Assembly (NCBI GenBank): GCA_965226375.1
Contig: CBDDCX010000004.1
Span: 32,001 to 96,000 of the forward strand
Length of the DNA: 64,000 nt
Source of the DNA: Longimicrobiales bacterium
GTDB lineage: Bacteria > Gemmatimonadota > Gemmatimonadetes > Longimicrobiales > Gaopeijiaceae
Reading direction: 5' to 3'
Under the pieces are notes generated by a model. That model was not told the origin of the DNA. It ran no database searches and worked only from the letters and a program-made list of their open reading frames with translations. This document shows positions 10,297 to 19,785 of this stretch, one piece after another; positions within the stretch are counted from its first letter, which is position 1; each line of letters opens with the position of its first letter. Made by a program: the position numbers and the translations under genes.

Positions 10297-10847
10297 AGAA
10301 TCAGCGGAAGCAGAAAATGCGTCACGGTCAGGCCACCCACGAAAAAGCCGATGACCGCGGCGACGGACGACAGCTGGAGGGTCGAGAGTCCGGAGATGGC
10401 GTGGCCCGAGGTGCAGCCGTCCGCATAGCGCGCCCCAAAGCCCACCAGGAATCCACCTACGACGATGAGGACGAAACCGGGAACGGTCGCGAGTCCGCTC
10501 CAGGAAAAGAGCGACGACGGTACCATGCCCTCCCGGTCCTGCAGACCCAGCTCAGAAAGCGCCGCCCAAGTCCGCTCCGAGATGGGCAGCACGGAATCAG
10601 GGGACGCGAGGAAGACGGTGGCGATCAGAGCACCGATCACCGTGCCCGCAGCCATCATGAGCTGCCAACCCCCGCGAGAGCGCCAGTCGTACCGGAAATA
10701 CTCGAGGCCGGCGGGAACGGTGGCGGCGCACATGTGGCGGAGAGTCGAGGAGACGCCCCACTTCTTGGCCCCGTACAGGTAGACCGCAGGAACCACCAAG
10801 CCGATCAGTGGACCACCGACCCACCACGGCCAGGTCTCTCGGATCAT
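10293..10847 (-). CDS. YeeE/YedE family sulfur transporter subunit
   Basis: WPWWVGGPLIG, GVSSTLRHMC and GFGARYADGCTSGHAISGL. Confidence 0.9.
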   Translation of the reverse strand: MIRETWPWWVGGPLIGLVVPAVYLYGAKKWGVSSTLRHMCAATVPAGLEYFRYDWRSRGGWQLMMAAGTVIGALIATVFLASPDSVLPISERTWAALSELGLQDREGMVPSSLFSWSGLATVPGFVLIVVGGFLVGFGARYADGCTSGHAISGLSTLQLSSVAAVIGFFVGGLTVTHFLLPLIL

Positions 10848-11248
10848 TCGCCTGCCGGCGTGTCGCCGACGACGACGAAAGCCGTCCCGACGACGTCACT
10901 CACCGTCACTGAGATGGTCACGTTCCCAACGGCAAGTCCGGACACGATCCCGACGGAAGTGACCTTCACGACATCCTCGTCAGACGATTTCCACGAGATG
11001 GTCCGTCCGATCAGAATCACACCCTGTGCGTTGACGGGCTCACCGATGAGTTCGCGAGTCTCTCCGACGAGAAGGGTCGTGTGGAGTGGGTTGACCCGCA
11101 CCGCAACCACGTCTTTACAAGCCGAACATCCCCCCTGGTTCTGCCCGGTGATCGTGTTGGACTCTCTTTCGACCTCCCAGCACGCCACAGAGAGCGCGCT
11201 CATAACCACGAGTGGCGCCAAGAACCGCATCGGGCGTTGTCGCGTCAT
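10844..11248 (-). CDS. Ig-like (Big_2) domain lipoprotein with CxxC
   Basis: Lipobox SVAC; CSAC; ISWKSSDEDVVKVTSVGIVSGLAVGNVTIS; GAGGAGG RBS; ATGA overlap with the yeeE-like gene. Confidence 0.72.
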   Translation of the reverse strand: MTRQRPMRFLAPLVVMSALSVACWEVERESNTITGQNQGGCSACKDVVAVRVNPLHTTLLVGETRELIGEPVNAQGVILIGRTISWKSSDEDVVKVTSVGIVSGLAVGNVTISVTVSDVVGTAFVVVGDTPAGE

Positions 11249-11360
11249 GAACGCTCGCACCTCCTCAAAAGGAACTACCATCCGAGGGTAAATTGGGGGT
11301 CTATTGAGAGATCGCACAATCCCCCTCAGCGGGTAGCCGTACGCCCACTGGTGCCGACCG

Positions 11361-13367
11361 TTACGAAGTCCCTCGCCGTGGTCCGTTCAGCGAAGCCATG
11401 CTCCGCTCTGTCTGTTCCCACTCGGTCATGAGACCGGCCACCTCATCCTGCAGGCGAGACCGCTCGTCTTCCAAGCTCCGTACCTCGTCCGCCGCAGTCG
11501 TTTCGTAGTAGTCAGGCCTGCAGAAAGCCTCGTCGATCTCCTGCACCCGGGCTTCAGCGGCCTCGATGCGGACCATCAGGGTGTCGAGCTGCACTCGCAA
11601 GCGCCGTGTTTCGGCCTTTGGGTCCGCGTGCGAGACCTTGCCCTGCCCGCGCCGTGAGCCGCCCTTCGACCTTCGACCGCCTTTACCGTTGACCGACGCG
11701 TCGGTCGCATCGGACTTGCCTTTCTTCTTCTTGTCGCGCTTAGCCTTGAGTATCACCCGGTCGGCGTCGAGATGATCGTCACCGCAGAAGTGGACGTATT
11801 CTTCATACGTGCCCAGATAGTCTACGATGTCGTCGGGTTTGATCTCCACGACGCGGGTAGCAAGCTGGCTCACGAACCAGCGGTCGTGGGACACCAGCAG
11901 CAGGGTGCCCTCGAAGGACCTGAGTCCCTCGACGAGCGCCTCGATCGACTCGAGATCCAGGTGATTCGTGGGCTCGTCCAAGACCAGCACGTTGGGCCGC
12001 TCGATGGCGAGTCGACTGAAGACCAGCCGCGCGGCCTCCCCGCCGGAGAGCGCACTCAGCCGCTTTTTTCCGTCGTCGCCCGAGAAGAGCATCATGCCCA
12101 TGCGGGCTCGGACATAGCCAATGTCCTTGTCCGGGCAAAAATCCCATACCCACTCCTCAGCCGTGTGCGTCGGGGCCTCGAACTGCTCGTGGTGGTCCTG
12201 AGCGAAATAACCCGGATGGGTCTCGTATCCCCAGACCACCTCTCCAGCGTCGGCCTCGAGCTCACCCATGACGATCTTGAGAAGCGTGGACTTACCGATT
12301 CCGTTAGGCCCCATGATGGCCAGGCAATCTCCGCGGTTCACGACCAGGTCGACCCCGTGAAGCACCTCATTGTCCCCGAACGCCTTCTTGACGCCCTTGA
12401 TCTGCAGCACGTCTCTCCCGCTGTCGCGCGTCTGCTCGAAGTGGAACGTAGGATAACGCCGAGAGCTCTGCGGCAACTCGTCGAGGGCGTCCGCCTTCTT
12501 CTGGATCATGCGGACCCTGCTCTGAGCCTGGCGCGCCTTGCTCGCCTTCGCCTTGAACCGATCCACGAACTTCTGGTGATGGGCGATCTCCCGCTCCCGG
12601 GAAGCGATGTCCTTCTCCCTGCGCTGCCTCTCCGACTGCTTCGCCTGCAGAAAAGCGTTGTAGTTCCCGTGATAGAGCGTCACCGTCTCGTAGTCCACAT
12701 CGAGGATGTGGGTCGAGATGTTGTCCAGGAACCGGTGGTCGTGGGAGATGACGACCAGGGGTCCAGAAAAGTCGCGAAGAAACATCTCGAGCCATCGGAT
12801 GGAGAGGATGTCCAGGTGGTTCGTCGGCTCGTCGAGGAGGAGTATGTCAGGGGCGCTGGCCAGCACCTGCGCCAACAAGACTCGAAGTTTGAAGCCACCA
12901 GAAAGCGTGGAAAGCGGTTGGTGATGTATGTGCGCCGGAAGGCCCAGCCCCTCGAGGATCGTGGCGGCCCGGGCCTCCGCCGTATAGCCGTCGTGCAATT
13001 GCACGGTCTCCTCGAGCTCAGAGAAGCGGTCGGCATCAAAGTGCTCATCGGCCCGCGCCAACAGGGCCTCCTTCTCCACCATCGCGTCCCACAACTCGGG
13101 GTTGCCCATGAGCGCTACGCCGAGGATCTCCTGATCCCCGTAGAGGAACTGATCCTGGCGCAGGACTCCCATGCGCAAACGCTTGGGAATCGAGACCGTA
13201 CCACCACTGGCATCCAGGTCACCGGTCATGATGTTGAGCAGCGTGGACTTGCCCGAGCCGTTGGCGCCTACAAGCCCGTAGCGCTCGCCGGGGTTGAGCT
13301 GAAACGACGCACGAGCGAACAGGGTCCGGTCGCCGAACGACTTCTCGAGATTGGATACGGAGATCAT
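11361..13367 (-). CDS. ABC-F family ATP-binding protein
   Basis: Two NBDs (GANGSGKS, GPNGIGKS, LSGG, DEPTNHLD twice), no TM segments, C-terminal coiled coil. Confidence 0.93.
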   Translation of the reverse strand: MISVSNLEKSFGDRTLFARASFQLNPGERYGLVGANGSGKSTLLNIMTGDLDASGGTVSIPKRLRMGVLRQDQFLYGDQEILGVALMGNPELWDAMVEKEALLARADEHFDADRFSELEETVQLHDGYTAEARAATILEGLGLPAHIHHQPLSTLSGGFKLRVLLAQVLASAPDILLLDEPTNHLDILSIRWLEMFLRDFSGPLVVISHDHRFLDNISTHILDVDYETVTLYHGNYNAFLQAKQSERQRREKDIASREREIAHHQKFVDRFKAKASKARQAQSRVRMIQKKADALDELPQSSRRYPTFHFEQTRDSGRDVLQIKGVKKAFGDNEVLHGVDLVVNRGDCLAIMGPNGIGKSTLLKIVMGELEADAGEVVWGYETHPGYFAQDHHEQFEAPTHTAEEWVWDFCPDKDIGYVRARMGMMLFSGDDGKKRLSALSGGEAARLVFSRLAIERPNVLVLDEPTNHLDLESIEALVEGLRSFEGTLLLVSHDRWFVSQLATRVVEIKPDDIVDYLGTYEEYVHFCGDDHLDADRVILKAKRDKKKKGKSDATDASVNGKGGRRSKGGSRRGQGKVSHADPKAETRRLRVQLDTLMVRIEAAEARVQEIDEAFCRPDYYETTAADEVRSLEDERSRLQDEVAGLMTEWEQTERSMASLNGPRRGTS

Positions 13368-13453
13368 AGCGGGGGAATCTAAACGATATCGGCCGGAGCG
13401 GGTCGAACCCTCGGACGGTTGATCGTGCGTTGCGGGCCCACCATGCTTGTTTC

Positions 13454-14569
13454 ATGAATTCTGAACCAACGCAGCACCTACGTCCGGACAGAAGCCCGAG
13501 GCGTCGGGCGCTCATCGCCGTGTTCGCTCTCGTCATGGCGACAGCGATGGTCCTGGGACGACGTAGCTGGACAGGCGGTGAGTGGACCGTTCAGGAAGTG
13601 GGCGGGGCCACGATGGGGACCACCTACTCCATCAAGTTCGTGGCACGCTCCCTGTCGACGGACCGGTTCGGGAGCGTCCACCGTGCGGTCGAGGCTTGGC
13701 TGGACGAAGTCGACGGAACCATGTCGACCTACAAACCCGACTCCGAGCTGTCTCGCTTCAATCGGCATGAGAGCACAGAACCCTTCGCCGTCTCCGCGGG
13801 TGTGCTCGAGGTCTTCCTGCTGGCTCGACAGGTGAGCGTAGAGAGCGACGGTGCGTTCGACGTCACCGTCGGTCCACTCGTCGATGCTTGGGGCTTCGGT
13901 CCCGACGGCAGCCCCCAGACGATCCCCGATGACGCCCATCTCAGAGAACTCAGGGGGCATGTCGGTTTTCGCAAAATCGCGATCGACTCCGCAGCATCGA
14001 GCCTGACCAAGCAGGATCCCAAGGTGGTCGCCGACCTGTCTGCCATCGCCAAGGGATACGCCGTGGACGGCGTGGCCGACCTACTCGTCGACCAGGGCTT
14101 CACCGACTTCCTGGTGGAGGTGGGTGGCGAGCTGCGATCGGCGGGCACGAAGCCGGACGGAATGGCGTGGGTGGTCGGGGTCGAGGCGCCTCTGCCGGAC
14201 ACCCGGAGCCTGTACGCCACCATGGACCTGGGCGACGAATCCGTGGCCACGTCCGGCGACTACCGTAACTTCTGGGACTCCGACGGAGGCAGGTATTCCC
14301 ACATCATCGATCCTCGCACAGGACGTCCACTGCCCTACGTCGGGGCCGCGGTGACGGTCATCCATGAGCGCGCGGTCCTGGCAGACGCCTGGGCCACGGC
14401 CATGACCGTGCTGGGACTGGAGGTTGGCACGACGGTGGCGGACAAGATCGGCCTCGGGGTCATCTTCGTGCGACGAGGCGAGTCCGGTCTCATCGAGACG
14501 CGGACGAGGGCGATCGGTGATCGTCCGCTCGAGCCGGTCCCCCCACCGGTCCCCCCCCGAACCCGCTGA
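13454..14569 (+). CDS. apbE: FAD:protein FMN transferase
   Basis: TMGTTY, FDVTVGPLVDAWGFG, DLSAIAKGYAVD, ATSGDYRN, HIIDPRTG. Confidence 0.92.
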   Translation: MNSEPTQHLRPDRSPRRRALIAVFALVMATAMVLGRRSWTGGEWTVQEVGGATMGTTYSIKFVARSLSTDRFGSVHRAVEAWLDEVDGTMSTYKPDSELSRFNRHESTEPFAVSAGVLEVFLLARQVSVESDGAFDVTVGPLVDAWGFGPDGSPQTIPDDAHLRELRGHVGFRKIAIDSAASSLTKQDPKVVADLSAIAKGYAVDGVADLLVDQGFTDFLVEVGGELRSAGTKPDGMAWVVGVEAPLPDTRSLYATMDLGDESVATSGDYRNFWDSDGGRYSHIIDPRTGRPLPYVGAAVTVIHERAVLADAWATAMTVLGLEVGTTVADKIGLGVIFVRRGESGLIETRTRAIGDRPLEPVPPPVPPRTR

Positions 14570-16208
14570 GCGCGAGGCCGACCACCACGACCGTCACGGC
14601 CCCGATTACGTTGTGCCACAAGAACGAGACTTCCGGAGTCCCGAACGCGACCGCCGCAACCACACCCATGCCCGCCAACAGTCCGAAGAACGAGCCGTTG
14701 CCCCGAGAGCGAGGGATCATCGCCAAGAGGAAGACGCCCAGGATCGATCCGTAAAAGAACGACCCGAACCGGTTCACGACTTCGATGAGCGATCCCAACG
14801 TCGCCGCATAGATGGCGATCACGCAGGCGAAGACCCCCCAAAACACGGTGGCGGCCCTGGAGACCCTGAGGTAGTGCGCGTCGTCCCCGTCATCCTTGAC
14901 CCAGCGCCGATAGAAATCCATGACGCTCGTGGTCGTGAGCGAAGTGAGCTCGGCGGCGATACTCGACATCGCCGCCGCGAGCACTCCCGCGATGAAGAGA
15001 CCGGTGAGCCCGATCGGAAGCTCAGAGAGCACGAAGCGCGGGATGATGTAATTCGTGTCGCGTGACGCCTCACCGGTGACCTCCTCGGCCATGGTGAGCG
15101 CCTGGCCTCGGATCGCCTGGATGTCGGCCTCACGCGCCAGGAACGTCTCCATAGCGGCAGCTGCACCCGCTTCGTCACCGGCGTTGGCCGTCGCAAGCGC
15201 CGCGTCCTCCCGCAATGCGAACGTCGACTCGTACTCCCGTTGTAGCGCGGCGTATGCGTCACCGCGCTCGGCAACCACCGCCGACTCGTGGGTGGGGTTG
15301 AACAGCAACGGAGCGGGAGTGAACTGGTAGTAGACGAACACGAGCACGCCGACGAGCAGCACGAGTCCCTGCAGCGGGATCTTCCAGTAAGCACTCATGA
15401 GCAGCGAGGAGCGCGCCGCATCGACCGACTCGGCCGCGAGGTAGCGCTGCACCTGGCTCTGGTCGGTCCCGAAATACGACAGCATCAGGAACGTGCCTCC
15501 GATGACTCCGGACCAGAACGTATAAGTCTCGGTCAGGTCGAAGCTGAAGTCGAACGCCTTGAGCCGGCCCGTCGCGCCCGCGATACGTAGCGCATCATCG
15601 GGACTCACCGGCATCTGCACCAGCAATACGACCATGATCGCCAGCAGCGCCACGATGATCAGCACCATCTGCTTCACGTCGGCCCAGGCGACGGCCTGAA
15701 CGCCGCCGACCATCGTGTAGAGGATCGTGGGAACACCGATCAGCGCCACACTCCAAACGAGCGGAGTGCCGAAGACCGCACTGAGCACCACGCCCGGTGC
15801 CGCCATGATCGCACCGACCGACATGCCCCGGGACAACAGAAAGAGGAACGCCGTCAACGACCGCGTCCTCGCGTCGAAGCGGCGCTCCAGATATTCGTAC
15901 GCGGTAAACACTCCGGAGCCGTGCAGGAACGGCACCAGCGTCACACCGAGGATCACCATCGCGAGCGGCAGCCCGAAGTACATCTGCACGAAACGAATTC
16001 CGTCCGTTGCGCCCTGGCCCGGCGTACCGATCATGGTGACCGCGGACAGCTGTGTCGCCATCACGGAGAGTCCGACGACCCACCACGGCAGGCTCTTGCT
16101 CGCCAAAAAGTAGCCGTCGATCGTGTCGGTATCCTTGGACCTCCGGATCCCGTCGATGATCACGTACGCCAGGTAGACCACGACGATCAGCCAGTTGATC
16201 CAATGCAT
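14490..16208 (-). CDS. Sodium:solute symporter (SSS) family protein
   Basis: YFLASKSLPWW, TAYEYLERRF, YFGTDQSQVQRYL, AAAMSS; many TM helices. Confidence 0.92.
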   Translation of the reverse strand: MHWINWLIVVVYLAYVIIDGIRRSKDTDTIDGYFLASKSLPWWVVGLSVMATQLSAVTMIGTPGQGATDGIRFVQMYFGLPLAMVILGVTLVPFLHGSGVFTAYEYLERRFDARTRSLTAFLFLLSRGMSVGAIMAAPGVVLSAVFGTPLVWSVALIGVPTILYTMVGGVQAVAWADVKQMVLIIVALLAIMVVLLVQMPVSPDDALRIAGATGRLKAFDFSFDLTETYTFWSGVIGGTFLMLSYFGTDQSQVQRYLAAESVDAARSSLLMSAYWKIPLQGLVLLVGVLVFVYYQFTPAPLLFNPTHESAVVAERGDAYAALQREYESTFALREDAALATANAGDEAGAAAAMETFLAREADIQAIRGQALTMAEEVTGEASRDTNYIIPRFVLSELPIGLTGLFIAGVLAAAMSSIAAELTSLTTTSVMDFYRRWVKDDGDDAHYLRVSRAATVFWGVFACVIAIYAATLGSLIEVVNRFGSFFYGSILGVFLLAMIPRSRGNGSFFGLLAGMGVVAAVAFGTPEVSFLWHNVIGAVTVVVVGLALSGFGGGPVGGPARADDHRSPSSASR

Positions 16209-16220
16209 CCGATCGGCCTT

Positions 16221-16352
16221 CTAGACGGTGTAGCGGAGTTGGAGCAGGGCGAGCGCAGCGAGTGCGAGGACCTGGACGACGATCACGCGGATCAGCGTGG
16301 TCTTGAAGGTCGAGCCCGTAACTCCGGGCACGGCAGAGTCCTGATCGTTCAT
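16221..16352 (-). CDS. Small single-pass membrane protein (43 aa) upstream of the SSS symporter
   Basis: MNDQDSAVPGVTGSTFKTTLIRVIVVQVLALAALALLQLRYTV*; GGAAGGA RBS; ends 12 bp before the SSS start; below the ORF-track cutoff. Confidence 0.7.
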   Translation of the reverse strand: MNDQDSAVPGVTGSTFKTTLIRVIVVQVLALAALALLQLRYTV

Positions 16353-16448
16353 CGCGGTCCTTCCATTGGGAGTTCGACGCGGGAAGCTTCGAGCGCGCGC
16401 GGCTGCGGCGCAAGCGACCCGCTCTACTGCTTCGACGGCCTTCCAGGG

Positions 16449-17837
16449 CTAGATCGCGTCGCTCACGCTCGCGAGGTTGAAGCCTCGGACCTTGAGAGCG
16501 GGCACCACGACGGGCGCCGAGACCGAGCTGTTCTCACCCGCCGCGACCCGTGTTGGCCGACCCAGCATCTCCACGTTCTGTAGCAGCGACACCATGGACT
16601 GGTTGAACCGGAAGTTCGTGACCGGCCGAGTGATTCTGCCGTTCTCGATCAGGAAGGTCCCGTCGCGTGTGAGTCCCGTATAGGAGATCGTCCTCGGGTT
16701 CAGCCCCCGGATGTACCAGAATCGCGTGATCAGGACACCCCGCCGGATCGAAGCGATCATATCCTCCATCGTGGCGTCTCCCCCCGACATGATCAGGTTC
16801 GGAGGTGGGGGCTTGGGCTCCCTGCCCTGACGATCCGCCCAGGATCGGCTGTACGACAACGCCCGTAGAACGCCTGATTCCACCCAAACCTCCGGGTGCA
16901 CCGGGTAGCCGTCCACCATGAACGGACTGGTCTCGGCATCGCGCTCACCCGGATCGCTCCGGATCGTGATCTTAGGATCGAACACGCGCTCGCCCACCCT
17001 CGTACCGCCGCCCTGCTTAGAGAAGTACGACCGGCCTTCGTCCGCAGTACGTGCATTGAACCCGTTACGCATGTTGCGCATCAGCATCCCGACCGCGGTC
17101 GGCTCCAAAACGACGTCGTACTCCCCGGGGTCGAGAGCCGTCTTGCCGCGCCAATCCAGGCATTTCCGAACCGCATCAGTCGCGATCCGCTCCGACTCGA
17201 TCTGACTCCAGTCCGCCGCTTCGTCGCCCGCCCAGCCCGATGACTGGCCGTCGGGTGTCCGCACGGTCAGCGTCGATGCGACCCCGGTGGACGCGTGGTG
17301 GGCGAATAGGCCGTTGGATGTGGCGACCGAAGTGGTCCCCGCCCTCACGTCCATGTATCCCGCCGCTATGGTGTCCGAGCCCGTGGCTTCCCTCAAGGCC
17401 ACAGACATCGACCGGGCCCGGGCCTCGGGCGGCAAGTCACCGGTGCTCGCGTAGTAGCCGTTCACCGTCTCGTACTCCTGGGGGCCGAGCTCGGGAAGGT
17501 ACTCGGGGTCCTCCGGGGACAAGCGCGCGAGCGCCTCCGCGTCCCTCACGGCCTGTTCCAGCCCCGCCGGGTCCAGGTTGTTGGTGGTGACCCGGGCGAC
17601 CCGCTTTCCGAACACAGCAGTGATCTGGACCGTGGTGTCAGTGCTACCGCCAGCCGTGGTGACCTTGTTCGTGGCCGTACGGGTGAAGCCTCGCCACCCC
17701 GAATGAACGTTGACTCGGGTATGGTCGGCCTGGGCGAAGCCCAGCACGAGATCGCAGAGTGCACGCGCGTCATCCGCGGAGAGCCCGCGCCGCGCCGGCG
17801 CTTGTGCGGTGTCGAATCCGTTCATGGTCATCGTCAT
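16449..17837 (-). CDS. TldD/PmbA family protein (TldE-like non-catalytic partner)
   Basis: PGEYDVVLEPTAV, LITRFWYIR, TGLTRDGTFLIENG, NFRFNQS; no HExxxH. Confidence 0.88.
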   Translation of the reverse strand: MTMTMNGFDTAQAPARRGLSADDARALCDLVLGFAQADHTRVNVHSGWRGFTRTATNKVTTAGGSTDTTVQITAVFGKRVARVTTNNLDPAGLEQAVRDAEALARLSPEDPEYLPELGPQEYETVNGYYASTGDLPPEARARSMSVALREATGSDTIAAGYMDVRAGTTSVATSNGLFAHHASTGVASTLTVRTPDGQSSGWAGDEAADWSQIESERIATDAVRKCLDWRGKTALDPGEYDVVLEPTAVGMLMRNMRNGFNARTADEGRSYFSKQGGGTRVGERVFDPKITIRSDPGERDAETSPFMVDGYPVHPEVWVESGVLRALSYSRSWADRQGREPKPPPPNLIMSGGDATMEDMIASIRRGVLITRFWYIRGLNPRTISYTGLTRDGTFLIENGRITRPVTNFRFNQSMVSLLQNVEMLGRPTRVAAGENSSVSAPVVVPALKVRGFNLASVSDAI

Positions 17838-19522
17838 CAGGCCGTGTTGAGAATGTTGACGTCACGGAAGAGGACCGTCGGGCAGCCGTGGGACACGGCA
17901 TTGACCTGCCCCGGCTGGCCTTTCGCGTCGCTGAACGTGGCGCCCAGGTAGTAGGTGCTCGGTCCGCCGATGACATCCAGGGAGTTCCAGAACTCAGGCG
18001 TGCGGCCTTGATACGCCACGTCGCGGAGCATCCGGTCCTTCTTGCCGTCGCGGATCTCCCAGAACACCTGGCCCGCGAACTGAAAGTTGTAGCGCTGCTG
18101 GTCGATGGAATACGAACCGCGCCCCTCCACCATGATGGCACGGTCGGTAGCGGCGATCACGTCGTCTTCGCTGAGGTCGTCCCCACCCGGCATGAGGCTC
18201 ACGTTGGGCATACGCTGGAAGGGGATGGTCGCCCAGTTCATTCCGTACGCGCCGCCCAGACTCTCGGTGATGCCCGTGTGCTCGGCGATCCATGCAGCCT
18301 GCTCGCGAGTGGTCTGGTAGTTGACGAAGATGCCGTCCTCGATGATGGGCCACTCCGTGGCCGCGACACCCTCGTCGTCCCAGCCGACTGTAGCGCAGCC
18401 CCCCACCTCGGTGCGGTTGCCCATGAACGTCATGAAGTCCGGACCGAGGCGCAGCTTGTTGAGCGTTTCGTCGGGCGGGAAGATGAAGGAAGTGCCAGCG
18501 TAGTTGGCCTCGAACCCCAGCGTGCGGTCCAGCTCTGTGGGGTGAGCGATGGACTCGTGGATGGTGAGCCACAGGTTGGACGGGTGCAGAAGTAGATCCC
18601 AGGTCCCCGGGTCTACCGGTGTGGCCGTGAGCTTCATGACGGCTTCTTCAGCCCAACGGGCGGCGTTCCCGGGAAAGTCGAGTCCAACCACATATTCCCA
18701 GCCTCGGCCTGCGGGCTCGGCGACCGCTCCACGACTCTGAAAGTCCGATCGATCCGAGGACACCGCCGTGATGTTCATGCCGGGGTTCACCCGGATGAAC
18801 GTCTGCTGGATCACCGACCCCTCACTCGTGGCGACCAGACGGCTCTCTTTGACCGAGCTGATGTTGGACGAGACGAACTGCACGCCGTCGACCTTCATCG
18901 CCTCTTCATTCGCGCTGAACAACAGCCCCGCCTTCTCCTCGACGGAGACCGTGAACGGGTCGATCTCATGAGGCGTGACCCAACGGCCGTCCGGCACCGC
19001 GTCGACCGGAGCCAGCACCGTCTCGCTCGGGGCGATGCGGTCGTTCGCCGCCGCGATGGCAACCGCCTCGCGGGCCGCGGCGACCACGGCATCGCGGCTC
19101 ACGTCGCGTGTGGCCGAGAAGCCCCAGGATCCGCCGACCAGAGCACGGACGCCAATGCCGTAGGAGTCTCTCTTGCTGACGTTCGTGATCTGTTGCTCTC
19201 GCGTGTTGATCGACTCGTTCCAGTGCCGGGAGATGCGGACGTCGGCGTAGCTGGCGCCGGCACCTTGGGCTTCGTCGAGTGCCAGCAAGGCCAACTCGCG
19301 TTCCGCCGGATCGGGGGCTGGGCCATTTCCGCTGATGGGTGCAGCACCCGGTTGGCACGCGAAGCTGCCTGCGCCAACCGCGAGTACGGCCCCGGTGGCG
19401 CCGGCGATCTTGACGAACTCCCTGCGACCGATCGATCCGAGGCCGGGCGGAAGCGGGTGGTTTACGGGGTAGAGAATTCCCCGTTTCCGAATCAGCTCGC
19501 GAGACGCTTCTTGGCTCATCAT
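17837..19522 (-). CDS. tldD: TldD family metalloprotease with a twin-arginine lipoprotein signal
   Basis: HESIAH zinc motif, RMPNVSL, SIDQQRYNFQF, KGQPGQVNAVSHGC; N-terminal GRREFVK...GSFAC. Confidence 0.85.
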   Translation of the reverse strand: MMSQEASRELIRKRGILYPVNHPLPPGLGSIGRREFVKIAGATGAVLAVGAGSFACQPGAAPISGNGPAPDPAERELALLALDEAQGAGASYADVRISRHWNESINTREQQITNVSKRDSYGIGVRALVGGSWGFSATRDVSRDAVVAAAREAVAIAAANDRIAPSETVLAPVDAVPDGRWVTPHEIDPFTVSVEEKAGLLFSANEEAMKVDGVQFVSSNISSVKESRLVATSEGSVIQQTFIRVNPGMNITAVSSDRSDFQSRGAVAEPAGRGWEYVVGLDFPGNAARWAEEAVMKLTATPVDPGTWDLLLHPSNLWLTIHESIAHPTELDRTLGFEANYAGTSFIFPPDETLNKLRLGPDFMTFMGNRTEVGGCATVGWDDEGVAATEWPIIEDGIFVNYQTTREQAAWIAEHTGITESLGGAYGMNWATIPFQRMPNVSLMPGGDDLSEDDVIAATDRAIMVEGRGSYSIDQQRYNFQFAGQVFWEIRDGKKDRMLRDVAYQGRTPEFWNSLDVIGGPSTYYLGATFSDAKGQPGQVNAVSHGCPTVLFRDVNILNTA

Positions 19523-19684
19523 GACTCCAGGTGGATTCGGGCCGCTCCACGAGGCCCGGTCGGACTGATCCTGACCCTCGCCCTCCGGCCTGGCAAGTGT
19601 CCGAGGGAGAGGCCCAAGCCCCATGGGGCGGGAGGGTCGACCTATCTGTCGGAGTCCCTCTAGGGCTCCCACAAAACCGGCTGA

Positions 19685-19706
19685 CGTTATATCATTTGAT
19701 ATAACG
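19685..19706. promoter_or_regulatory. Putative transcription-factor operator (perfect inverted repeat)
   Basis: CGTTATATCA-TT-TGATATAACG; AT-rich, in the divergent intergenic region between tldD and the NTF2-like gene. Confidence 0.65.
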
Positions 19707-19785
19707 CTAGGCCATGTTGAGTCGTCCAGAAAGGGCACGACGTGGCTGACAAGGCACTGACCCACGACAATCGAGGACGGGACTG

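Noticed and set aside
11772..13382. 536-aa plus-strand ORF, and similar long ORFs at 26318-27517, 27603-28631, 32518-33738 and 48794-50428
   Set aside because: Antisense shadows of well-supported genes, expected from high GC3 codon bias; no family motifs
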